DNA of 32,000 nt from Candidatus Saccharimonadota bacterium (GTDB lineage: Bacteria > Pseudomonadota > Gammaproteobacteria > Johnevansiales > Johnevansiaceae): positions 270,001 through 302,000 of the forward strand of contig NC_018677.1 of the NCBI RefSeq assembly GCF_000300075.1. The letters run 5' to 3'. The position numbers and the translations under genes were made by a program. How positions within the stretch are numbered: position 1 is the stretch's first letter; each line of letters starts with the position of its first letter. The notes beneath the pieces are model-generated. The model saw nothing but the letters and a program-made list of their open reading frames with translations, did not search any database and was not told the DNA's origin. Positions 7,879 to 17,464 of the stretch are shown here, one piece after another.

Positions 7879-10470
7879 TTATAAGCTAACAACTATATTT
7901 ATTACTTTTGCATGTACGAAAATAAGTGTATGGATTTCTTTACAGTTCAGATAACCTTTTATAGATATAGAAGATAAAATAGTACTTGCAAACGTTTTTG
8001 TATGATAATTTAAAGGCAATTTAATTTCTTTACGTATTTTTCCATTAATCTGTGCTAACACAGTAAACAACTGACCTAACATGCAATGTTTATTATAACT
8101 AGGCCATTTTGCATCTATTACAGCATATGAGAACCCCAAAACTTTCCATAAAACATGGGTTATGTGAGGAACAATAGGGGCTAAAATTAGAATTATTGAT
8201 TTCAAAGCTTCCCTTGTTACTGCCAAGCCGATAATACTACTGTCTATATCTATAAAGTGTAATACTAAGTTAGTTAATTTCATAACAGTTGATATTACAG
8301 TATTAAAGACATGTCTTCCAATCATATCTGAAGTAGCTTTTTTTATAGTTTTCTGAAGTTGTCTATATAAATTAAATTGGTCTGGCCTTAATGATGAGAG
8401 TTTTATTATGGTATGCTCTGAGCCTGAGATATATATATATGTATGAACTATATTCCATAACCGCTTAATAAACCTGCTGGAACCAATGATGCCAGATTCA
8501 GACCATATAAGTACTTGTTCCGTTGGTGCAGAAAACATAACAAACAAACGTAGAGTATCAGCACCAAATCTATTAATTAGAACATTAGGATCAATGCCGT
8601 TGTTTTTAGATTTAGACATTTTTTCAATACCGTTTCTTATAACAATTCCACCATCTCTTTTAACCGTTGGTATTATATTTCCGTTTTTTTTATCTTTTAA
8701 CAAACAAACATCTAAAGGATTAAACCACTCTTTTATGCCAAAACTTTCTCTATAATATGTATAAGTTAAAACCATACCTTGAGTAATTAATTTTTTGAAA
8801 GGTTCATCACAATCAACCAATCCAAAGTCGCGCATTAATTTATGAAAAAAACGAGCATACATTAAATGCAAAATTGCATGTTCTATACCGCCTATATACA
8901 TATCTACTGGTAACCAATAATTTACCCTTGCATCAAGAATTGAGTTGTTATTATCAGTACAACAAAACCGTGCGTAATACCAAGATGATTCTATAAAAGT
9001 ATCAAAAGTTTCTGTGTCCCGCACCCATCCATTTCCTAACACGTAAAAAGACGGTATTTTTTTTAAATTAAATTTACTGTTCAAACAGCCATGTTTTGGT
9101 AAATATACAGGTATTTCTTCATCAGTAAGGGGCGTTTGTTTACCTGTTATACCGTATTTTACTGGTATAGGAGTACCCCAATATCTTTGCCTAGAAATGC
9201 CCCAATCACGTAACTTTAGTTTTTGTTTTACAACACCACTCTTATATTGTTTTATAAAATAAAAGATGTAATCAAAAGCTTCAAAACAAGTTATGTTGTT
9301 AAAAATACCTGAATTGATAATAAATCCAAAATCAGTATATGCATTTTTTGAAATATCAGGTACTTTACCATTTATATCAGAAACAACAGTCTTAAATGGC
9401 AATCCATAAGTGTTTGCAAAATCCCAATCTCTGTGACTGTGAGCCGGAACACCCATACTTGCCGTAGCACCATATTCAAAATATCTAAAACTAGAAACAT
9501 ATAAAGGCAAAATTTCATTTGTTATTGGATGTAAAACATTGTATCCAACATATAATCCAAGTTCTTTATTCTTTAATGTTGCCAATGAACATTTACCACA
9601 AAAAGTAAAAGTATTACAAAGTTTCTTTATTTGATAATTATATTGCGCAGCTAATTCAACTAAATGATGATCAGGTGCTAAAAGTATATAAGTAACGCCA
9701 AATAAAGTGTCTGGTCGTTGTGTAAATACTTTTAAGTAAGAGTAACAATTAGGTACAGAACCAATAACTTTAAATGACACTTCTATTCCTTTATATTTAC
9801 CAATCCAATTAACTTGCATTTTTTTTACAGACTCTGGCCAATCAATATTTGCTAAACATCTCAAAAGTTCATAAGCGTAATCTGTAATTTTTAAAAACCA
9901 ACTAGGAATTTTTCTGTGTTCTATTTTTGCACCAGACCGCCAACCAATACCGTTAATTACTTGCTCATTAGCTAAAATCGTCTTTTCTAGAGGATCCCAA
10001 TTAATAATTGCGTTATTTTTATAAATAACGCCGTGCTCGATCAATTTAATAAAAAACCATTGTTCCCAGCGATAAAAATCTATTTTACAAGTTGTTATTT
10101 TCCTATCCCAATTATAAGAAAATCCTAAGCTTTTAAGTTGATTATACATATAGTAAATGTTTGAATTAGTCCAGTCAGTAGGAGAAACAATATTTTTTTT
10201 TGCAGCGTTTTCTGCAGGCATACCAAAGGCGTCCCACCCTATAGGGTTTAATACATTTTTACCTAGCATACGTTGTGAACGAGAAATAACATCACCTATT
10301 GTGTAGTTACGAACGTGTCCTATATGTAGATTGCCGCTAGGATATGGAAACATACATAAACAATAAAACTTTTCCTTATTAGGTATTTCTACTATTTCAA
10401 AACAATTGTGATTGTACCAAAAATTTTGAGCTTCTAGTTCAATTTTTTTATAAGAAAAAGGATACATCAT
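7879..10470 (-). CDS. leuS: Leucine--tRNA ligase
   Basis: 863-aa ORF with the class I motifs PYPSGNLHIGH (HIGH) and KMSKSKNN (KMSKS). Length is close to that of bacterial LeuRS. Confidence 0.96.
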   Translation of the reverse strand: MMYPFSYKKIELEAQNFWYNHNCFEIVEIPNKEKFYCLCMFPYPSGNLHIGHVRNYTIGDVISRSQRMLGKNVLNPIGWDAFGMPAENAAKKNIVSPTDWTNSNIYYMYNQLKSLGFSYNWDRKITTCKIDFYRWEQWFFIKLIEHGVIYKNNAIINWDPLEKTILANEQVINGIGWRSGAKIEHRKIPSWFLKITDYAYELLRCLANIDWPESVKKMQVNWIGKYKGIEVSFKVIGSVPNCYSYLKVFTQRPDTLFGVTYILLAPDHHLVELAAQYNYQIKKLCNTFTFCGKCSLATLKNKELGLYVGYNVLHPITNEILPLYVSSFRYFEYGATASMGVPAHSHRDWDFANTYGLPFKTVVSDINGKVPDISKNAYTDFGFIINSGIFNNITCFEAFDYIFYFIKQYKSGVVKQKLKLRDWGISRQRYWGTPIPVKYGITGKQTPLTDEEIPVYLPKHGCLNSKFNLKKIPSFYVLGNGWVRDTETFDTFIESSWYYARFCCTDNNNSILDARVNYWLPVDMYIGGIEHAILHLMYARFFHKLMRDFGLVDCDEPFKKLITQGMVLTYTYYRESFGIKEWFNPLDVCLLKDKKNGNIIPTVKRDGGIVIRNGIEKMSKSKNNGIDPNVLINRFGADTLRLFVMFSAPTEQVLIWSESGIIGSSRFIKRLWNIVHTYIYISGSEHTIIKLSSLRPDQFNLYRQLQKTIKKATSDMIGRHVFNTVISTVMKLTNLVLHFIDIDSSIIGLAVTREALKSIILILAPIVPHITHVLWKVLGFSYAVIDAKWPSYNKHCMLGQLFTVLAQINGKIRKEIKLPLNYHTKTFASTILSSISIKGYLNCKEIHTLIFVHAKVINIVVSL

Positions 10471-10943
10471 AAATGTATATTTGTTTTGTTTAAATTTGAA
10501 TATTCAATATTTTCCATGTTATCAGCATCAGTTACATTCTTATGATTATACCCGATTAAGTGTAATAAACCATGAACTATTATATGAGCACAATGAGCAA
10601 TAAATGCTTTATTCTTTTTAAATGATTCATATAAAAGTAAAGTGGGAGTTATGACTAACTCACCTAATAATTGTATGTTAATTCTTTGCGAAAGAGCTTC
10701 ATATGAAAAAGAAATTATATTTGTTAAAGAATTAAAACCACGATAATAACTATTTAAGCCAATAATTTCCTTATATTCAACAAAACGAATATTAAAAACA
10801 ATATCTTTATAATGTTTATATTTTGGCTTTAAAAACGAACAAAACCAAGAACTTAGTAATGACTCATTTGGCACGATTTTTTTAATTGTATTATTTTTTA
10901 TAAACTGCATATGTACGTATACACATTTTATTTTCTTTTTCAT
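10467..10943 (-). CDS. ybeY: rRNA maturation endoribonuclease YbeY
   Basis: 158-aa ORF with the metal-binding motif HGLLHLIGYNH (HxxxHxxxxxH). It overlaps the leuS start by 4 nt (ATGA). The true start may be the internal Met (MQFIKN). Confidence 0.85.
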   Translation of the reverse strand: MKKKIKCVYVHMQFIKNNTIKKIVPNESLLSSWFCSFLKPKYKHYKDIVFNIRFVEYKEIIGLNSYYRGFNSLTNIISFSYEALSQRINIQLLGELVITPTLLLYESFKKNKAFIAHCAHIIVHGLLHLIGYNHKNVTDADNMENIEYSNLNKTNIHL

Positions 10944-11801
10944 TTTTTTACTTTTTGCTGTTAGTTTATTTGTGTTTGAGCTTATATTTGTTTTTTTTGT
11001 TCTTATTTCTTTTTTTTTTACTTTATTATTATTTTTATGTGTTTTTTATCTGTTATATTTTGTGTTTATTTTTATGTAGTTTAAAACAATTTATTTATCT
11101 TTTTTATGAATTATGTTTTCTGTGCAATCTATATATGTTTTGTTGTGTGCTTTATGTTTTTTTTCTATATTTCTTACTCTTATGCTTTTGTTGTTATTTT
11201 CTTTATTCCTTAGAGTTTTATTTCTTATCTGTTAGATGCTTTTTTTATGTTGTTAGAGTTTTGTTGCTTAAAACTGTTATTTTTTTGTTATTTTGAGGTT
11301 AGTTATTTGATATTAGATGTTTATTTCTTTGTTATTTAGATTTTGTTATATTTTGTTAAGAGTTATATAGTTTTAGATTATATAGTGTATGTTATATGTT
11401 ATTATTCAAAGTTTGTTATATGATAGCTGTTAGAATCTGATATTTGTTATTTAAATTAGCGGTTTGTTTAAAAGGAAATTCTCTTTAAGTTGTATTCTTT
11501 TATTATATTTGAATTAAGATTTTAGATGTTTATTCCTTCTATTTTTTTGTCTCTTTTAGTTTTTTATAGTTTTTGTTGTATTAATTTATGTTTTTAAGTA
11601 TATTTAGAGTTTGTAGGTTTATTTATTAGAGGTTAGAAGTTAGATTTTTGTTTGTTAGAGGTTGTTTATTTGTTAGAGTTTAGTTTATTTTAGCGGTTAT
11701 TTAGTAGAGGTTAGAGTTTTGGGTTTTAGAAGTTGTAGGTTAGCTTAAGTTGTTTGTTTATTAAAAGTGTTGTTGTTTTTGAATATAGTTCTTTCTTTAA
11801 A

Positions 11802-11841
11802 TTTATAGAGGGTTAAATGTTTACTTTATAGAGGGTTAAAT
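11802..11841. repeat. Direct repeat tttatagagggttaaat, two copies, period 23 nt
   Basis: Copies read at 11802-11818 and 11825-11841. Confidence 0.75.
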
Positions 11842-13972
11842 TGTTAGTTATTATTTGTTACTTGTTATTTGTCTCTTAAAATCATTTCTTTGCTTTATTT
11901 ATTTGTAGGTTTAAAAGGCAAAGTAAAGTGTAATTCTGTTTAGACTACTTGATAATGTATTAAAACTTAAAAAGTTGTGTCTAATTATGTTGTTATGTAG
12001 ATGGTTCAGCTGTTACGTTGTTAAATTTTAGATGTTTTGTCTAAATGCTATTATGTAAACTCTGATTGTGTTGTTATGTAGTTGTTCAGAAGTTGTTATA
12101 AAAAGGTGTATGTAGTTATGTATTGTATAATACAAAATATTATTATATTTACTTACTATTAATTTAAAATTGTTTGCTGTTGTGAACTTAGTGTCGTATA
12201 TTATTATTTAATTGAATTAGAATTAGTTATATAAAAATGAGTAATTAAGTAGGAATAGTGAGCTGTATTGTTAATTATATATTATGAATAAATGTTTTGT
12301 TGTTACAAGAAAACGAAATGTTAAAATTAGATGTATGTTTAATTGAAGTTATGTAGTTGTGAAATAAAAAAGTAGTGTAAATATGTTAAGCTATTATGAT
12401 GTTTAGATTGTATGAAGTTAAAACGTGTAGTAATAGGTTATGTGCTTATGAATTAAAGTTGTTATGTATTGTGTATATAGGTAAGTTGTAGTTAGTAGGA
12501 GTTGCAATGGATGCATGGTGTAAGTGAATTAATTTATATGATTTTTGTATAAAGTTTGTTGCTGTATAAAATAAAAAGTAAACAATAGGGGTATAATAAT
12601 GTAATATGCTTAATGTAGTAATATCGGTGTTTGTTAATATGCTTGTTTATTGTTTTGGTTAAGTTTATATTAATTGATGGTTGTTTAATATGTTGAATAA
12701 AATAGTTATTGTTAATATATAGTATTAATGTTTGATAAAAAAAGTTATTAGAAAAATGTGTTTATTTGTTAGTGTATTAAGTTTATTTATGTTATTGGTT
12801 AAAAGTATAAAAAGGTATTAAAATCATTTAAATTAGCTGTGTTGTTCGGTTTCTTTTATAGTTTGTTTTCTTTAAAATTAGAGGTTTGTTATTCTTTTTC
12901 TATTAATTGTGTATTAAAAACTTATACGTTATTAGTTAATGCAAATTTGTACTTTCTTTTTTTTTTTTTATATTAATTTAGCTTTCTAGTCTTTAAATGT
13001 TTTTAAGAAAGTTTGTTAACTGTTGTATTCTTTAAAAAGATAGTTTATATGTTGTTTTATTATTACATTATTTATCAGTTTTGTATTAGTTATATGTAAA
13101 ATATGTGCTTTATGTTTGTTTAAAGGATTGAAAATTTTTTTTGTTTATACATTTGTTATTTGTTGATGTTATCTTTTTTTATTTTGCTTTAGGTACTTTT
13201 CTGTTATGTGTTAAGTTTTTATTTTTAAACTTTTATGTGTATTTTTGATTAGTTTGTATGAGCTGTGTTATATGAACTTAATATAAGCTGTAAATTTATA
13301 AAGTTGTACTTTAAAGGATGGTTTGTATGTTGGTAAAACAAGAAAACGAAATATATAACAGAAGAGAGAAGATTGTATAAAAGAAAAATGTAATCTGTAT
13401 ATTTGTGTTCAGTTGTTAATGGTATGTGATAGGTAAGTATGAAATAATATGATATATCAAAGAGAGTTAAAGGAAAAAAGTAATATGTGGTAGTGGTTTT
13501 TATAAGGTTTATGGTCGTTGTTTGTTAAATGTGTTTATGTTCAATAAAAAGCTATATTAGCTTTAGTAAAAGTGCTGTGTATTAAAGTTAGAAAAAACTA
13601 AGGATGTCATACTAAGTAAAACAAAGACTAACAATATGTTAATGTTAGGAATTAGATGAAATTATGTTAGCTATTATTGTTTGTTAGAGATTTGTAGGTA
13701 AATTTTGTTTTGGTATATTGCTATTAAGTTCATTTTTGTATCATTCTTTTTAATGTTTGTTATTCATTTTTTATGATATTTGAAAACTGTTATATGAACA
13801 AAACAAGTACTTAAAATGTTATTGTGTTATAAAAAAAAGACTAAGAATCGGATGGTAAAAGGAAGAAGGTGTTATGTATGTTTAATGGTAAACTGTTTAA
13901 ACTAGTAAATTTTAGAAAAAAATAATAAAATAAGTAATTTAAATAAGGTAAAAAAAACAAGAAGGAAGAATC

Positions 13973-15154
13973 ATGAATATTATACCGAATCATAAAGGTT
14001 TATTTGGTAATTTCGGTGGACGTTTTGTGTCAGAAACATTAATACCGTTAATAATAGAGCTTGAAAAAACATACAAAACAGCTAAAAAAGATGAATCTTT
14101 CAGAAAGGAATTAGCATATTATCAGAAAACGTATATAGGCAGATCTAGTCCACTATATTTAGCAGATAGACTAACTCAAGCATTAGGTGGCGCTAAAATA
14201 TATTTTAAAAGAGAAGATTTAAACCACACAGGTGCTCACAAGATTAATAATTGCATAGGTCAAATTTTATTGGCAAAACGTTTAGGTAAAAACCGTATAA
14301 TTGCAGAAACAGGTGCAGGTATGCATGGAGTGGCTACTGCAACAGTAGCTGCAAGATTGGGTATGAAATGTGTAATTTATATGGGTAGTACTGATGTAAA
14401 AAGACAAAAAGAAAACGTTTATCGAATGAATTTGTTAGGTGCTAAGGTAGTACCTGTAAACTCAGGTAAAGGGACATTAAAGGATGCTATGAATGAAGCA
14501 TTAAGAGATTGGGTAAATAATATAGAAACTACATTTTATATTATAGGTACAGTTGCAGGACCTCATCCATATCCGTTAATAGTACGCGACTTTCAATCGG
14601 TAATTGGTAAGGAAGTACGAGAGCAAATTATAAAAATTGAAGGAAAACTGCCTGATATTTTAGTAGCGTGTATAGGTGGCGGGTCTAACGCAATGGGATT
14701 GTTTTTTCCAATGATAAAAGATAATACTGTACGGATGATAGGAGTAGAAGCAGGAGGGCATGGTATAGAAACAGGGAAACATGCAGCTAGCTTAAATGGA
14801 GGTGTGCCTGGAGTTATTCATGGAAATAGGACTTATATTTTACAAAATAAAGATGGACAGATAAAAGATGCGCATTCAATTTCTGCAGGTATGGACTATC
14901 CAGGCATAGGACCAGAGCATTCTTATTATTATAAATGCAAACGTATAGATTATGTTTCAGTTACAGATAAAGAAGCTATAGAAGCGTTTAAAAAATGTTG
15001 CTATTTAGAAGGTATAATACCCGCTCTAGAATCAGCTCATGCATTAGCATACGTAACTAAAATAGCTCATAGCTTGTCAAACAAAACAACTATAGTAATA
15101 AATATGAGTGGAAGAGGCGATAAAGATATATCTATAATACGGGAGCATAGTTAA
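13973..15154 (+). CDS. trpB: Tryptophan synthase beta chain
   Basis: 393-aa ORF with [10 protein letters not shown], the PLP-lysine region [11 protein letters not shown] and GGGSNAMG. The SD sequence AAGGAAG at 13962-13968 lies 4 nt before the ATG. Confidence 0.97.
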   Translation: MNIIPNHKGLFGNFGGRFVSETLIPLIIELEKTYKTAKKDESFRKELAYYQKTYIGRSSPLYLADRLTQALGGAKIYFKREDLNHTGAHKINNCIGQILLAKRLGKNRIIAETGAGMHGVATATVAARLGMKCVIYMGSTDVKRQKENVYRMNLLGAKVVPVNSGKGTLKDAMNEALRDWVNNIETTFYIIGTVAGPHPYPLIVRDFQSVIGKEVREQIIKIEGKLPDILVACIGGGSNAMGLFFPMIKDNTVRMIGVEAGGHGIETGKHAASLNGGVPGVIHGNRTYILQNKDGQIKDAHSISAGMDYPGIGPEHSYYYKCKRIDYVSVTDKEAIEAFKKCCYLEGIIPALESAHALAYVTKIAHSLSNKTTIVINMSGRGDKDISIIREHS

Positions 15155-15159
15155 AAAAA

Positions 15160-15966
15160 ATGAAGCTTAATAAGCGTATAATAAATTGTTTTGAACAAAA
15201 AAAAAGAGCGGCTTTTGTAACGTTTATAACAGCAGGAGATCAAGATTACGAAAAATCTTTAACATTAATAAATAGTTTACCTAAAGCAGGAGCAGATATT
15301 ATCGAATTGGGTATGCCATTTACAGATCCTATCGCTGACGGTGAAATTATTCAGAAATCAACTCAAAGGTCATTAAAAACTGGTCAAAATCAAAAAAAAA
15401 CACTTGAATTGGTAAAAGCTTTTCGTTTGTTTAATAAAAAAACACCAATAATATTGATGGGGTATTACAATCCAATTTATAGATATGGAATAAAAAAGTT
15501 TATTAAAGATGCTAAGAATGCTCAAATTGATGGATTAATAATTGTGGACTTACCACCAGAACACGCTCAAGAAGTTAGTGTTCCAGCAAACAAACAGGGA
15601 ATTGATTTTATAAATATAATAACTCCTAACACTAACATTAAAAGAATACCTTTTATTGTAAAAAATTCATCAGGATACATTTATTATATATCAATAAATG
15701 GAGTTACGGGAGGAAGTGTTCCAATATTTTATGAAGTAGAAAAAGCGGTTAAATTAATACGTAAATACACAAATTTGCCAATTGCAGTTGGATTTGGTGT
15801 AAAAAACAGAAACTCAGTAAAAAAACTCGCAAACATAAGTGATGCGGTTGTAGTAGGATCTGCTTTATTAAAACAAATCGAAATACATTGTTATGACCAA
15901 AAAACAGCAATTAGTAATGTATTAAACTTAACAAGTAGATTATCTAGAGGATTAGTTAAAATTTAA
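15160..15966 (+). CDS. trpA: Tryptophan synthase alpha chain
   Basis: 268-aa ORF starting 5 nt after trpB. It contains ELGMPFTDPIADG and GFGV motifs typical of TrpA. Confidence 0.95.
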   Translation: MKLNKRIINCFEQKKRAAFVTFITAGDQDYEKSLTLINSLPKAGADIIELGMPFTDPIADGEIIQKSTQRSLKTGQNQKKTLELVKAFRLFNKKTPIILMGYYNPIYRYGIKKFIKDAKNAQIDGLIIVDLPPEHAQEVSVPANKQGIDFINIITPNTNIKRIPFIVKNSSGYIYYISINGVTGGSVPIFYEVEKAVKLIRKYTNLPIAVGFGVKNRNSVKKLANISDAVVVGSALLKQIEIHCYDQKTAISNVLNLTSRLSRGLVKI

Positions 15967-16151
15967 GGTTGCACTATACATGCAACTGGACAAACTTGTT
16001 GACATTGTGGATGAGGAAAAACACCTATGCATTCATTGCATAAATCATGATTAATTACATAAACTTCTTCACCTGGAAAAATGGCATTGTTTGGACAAAC
16101 AAGTTCACACATATCACAGTTTATACAATCAGTTGTTATAAGCAACGACAT
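15963..16151 (-). CDS. yfhL: Small 2x[4Fe-4S]-type ferredoxin, YfhL-like and C-terminally short
   Basis: 62-aa ORF. [22 protein letters not shown]...CNECIG...QCQQVCPV closely parallels E. coli YfhL ([22 protein letters not shown]...CTECVG...TCQKVCPI). Its stop codon overlaps the trpA stop within TTAA. Confidence 0.85.
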   Translation of the reverse strand: [62 protein letters not shown]

Positions 16152-16153
16152 AT

Positions 16154-16717
16154 CTAAAATTTCCCAACAAAATCTATGTTTTGTTTAAAGGTTTTTGATC
16201 CGTCTGTCCAGTTAGCTGGACAAACTTCATTTGGGTGGTTAGTTATATATTGTGCAGCTTGAATTTTTCTTATTAATTCTTTTGAATTTCTACCAATGCC
16301 TATAGCATTATATTCAGCTAGTTTTATTTTACATTCAGTATCAATCACAAAAGTACTCCGTTCAGCTAAACCGGTTTCGGCAACAAACACGTTAAAACTA
16401 CGTGATATATTTCCTGAAGGATCTCCAATCATTGGAAATTTAATTTTAGAAACCGTAAATGAACTATCATGCCATGCTTTATGTGTAAAGTGTGTATCTG
16501 TTGAAACACTATATATTTCAACACCTAAAGTTTTAAATGTTGAATAATTTTCAGATAAATCTAAAAGTTCAGTAGGGCATACAAAACTAAAATCAGCAGG
16601 ATAAAAAAATATAACAGACCACTTACCTTGCAAATCTTCATTTGAAATATTTATGAATTTTCCATTTAAATAAGCCGTAGCAGTAAAGGGACGTATTTTT
16701 TTATTTATGATAGCCAT
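16154..16717 (-). CDS. ahpC: Alkyl hydroperoxide reductase subunit C (typical 2-Cys peroxiredoxin)
   Basis: 187-aa ORF with WSVIFFYPADFSFVCPTEL, STDTHFTHKAWH and the resolving-Cys region EVCPANW. It is near-colinear with E. coli AhpC. Confidence 0.95.
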   Translation of the reverse strand: MAIINKKIRPFTATAYLNGKFINISNEDLQGKWSVIFFYPADFSFVCPTELLDLSENYSTFKTLGVEIYSVSTDTHFTHKAWHDSSFTVSKIKFPMIGDPSGNISRSFNVFVAETGLAERSTFVIDTECKIKLAEYNAIGIGRNSKELIRKIQAAQYITNHPNEVCPANWTDGSKTFKQNIDFVGKF

Positions 16718-17464
16718 TAAAATCCTTTTTATTAAAGTTTTTTATATCTGGTTTAATGTAAACAATATTGTTATGTATTTACTAAAGTTTATTAATGTAC
16801 TTTGTGGCTTTATGTAACTTTTATTTTTTGTTATTGATTTTTTATTAAAGTTCTTTGATAACAAATTTTAAGGCTTTATGTATGTTTTCATTTCTTTTAT
16901 ATGTTTATTTTTTGTATTTATGTTTAATTTTTGCAAATTACTTTATTTTTCTATAATTTTAAGTTGTATTATTAAGTGATTTGTTTTGCAGAATTTATAA
17001 AATAAGGTTTGCAGTACAAACAAATGTTTTATGTATTTCGGTAAAAGATAGTTTTATCTATTTTTAGTTACTAATTTTATTTTTTGTATTCTATAAGAAA
17101 TGTTAATAAGTATCAATTATTATTAGTTGTATTGAAAAAATAGTATATGTTTGTTATGAGAAATATATATGTATAAAATGAGAGAAAAAAGTAAGTAAAT
17201 GTAGTTGTTAAGTGTTGTTGTTAAAAAATATTAAGATTAGTTGTTACTTATTTTGGTTTATATTATTTAGCATTAACTTGAAAATTGTTTTGTTAAAAAG
17301 ATTTCTATATTCTTTTTATTATTTACAGAAAGTTGTTTTTGTAATCATCATTTAATTAAACGAAATAAAATAATGTATGATTTATTAAAGCTTTATTTGT
17401 GTTATATATAAATGCTAAATATATTTTGTTATTTCAAAAAAAATTGTCTGGTGCTTTTTATATA

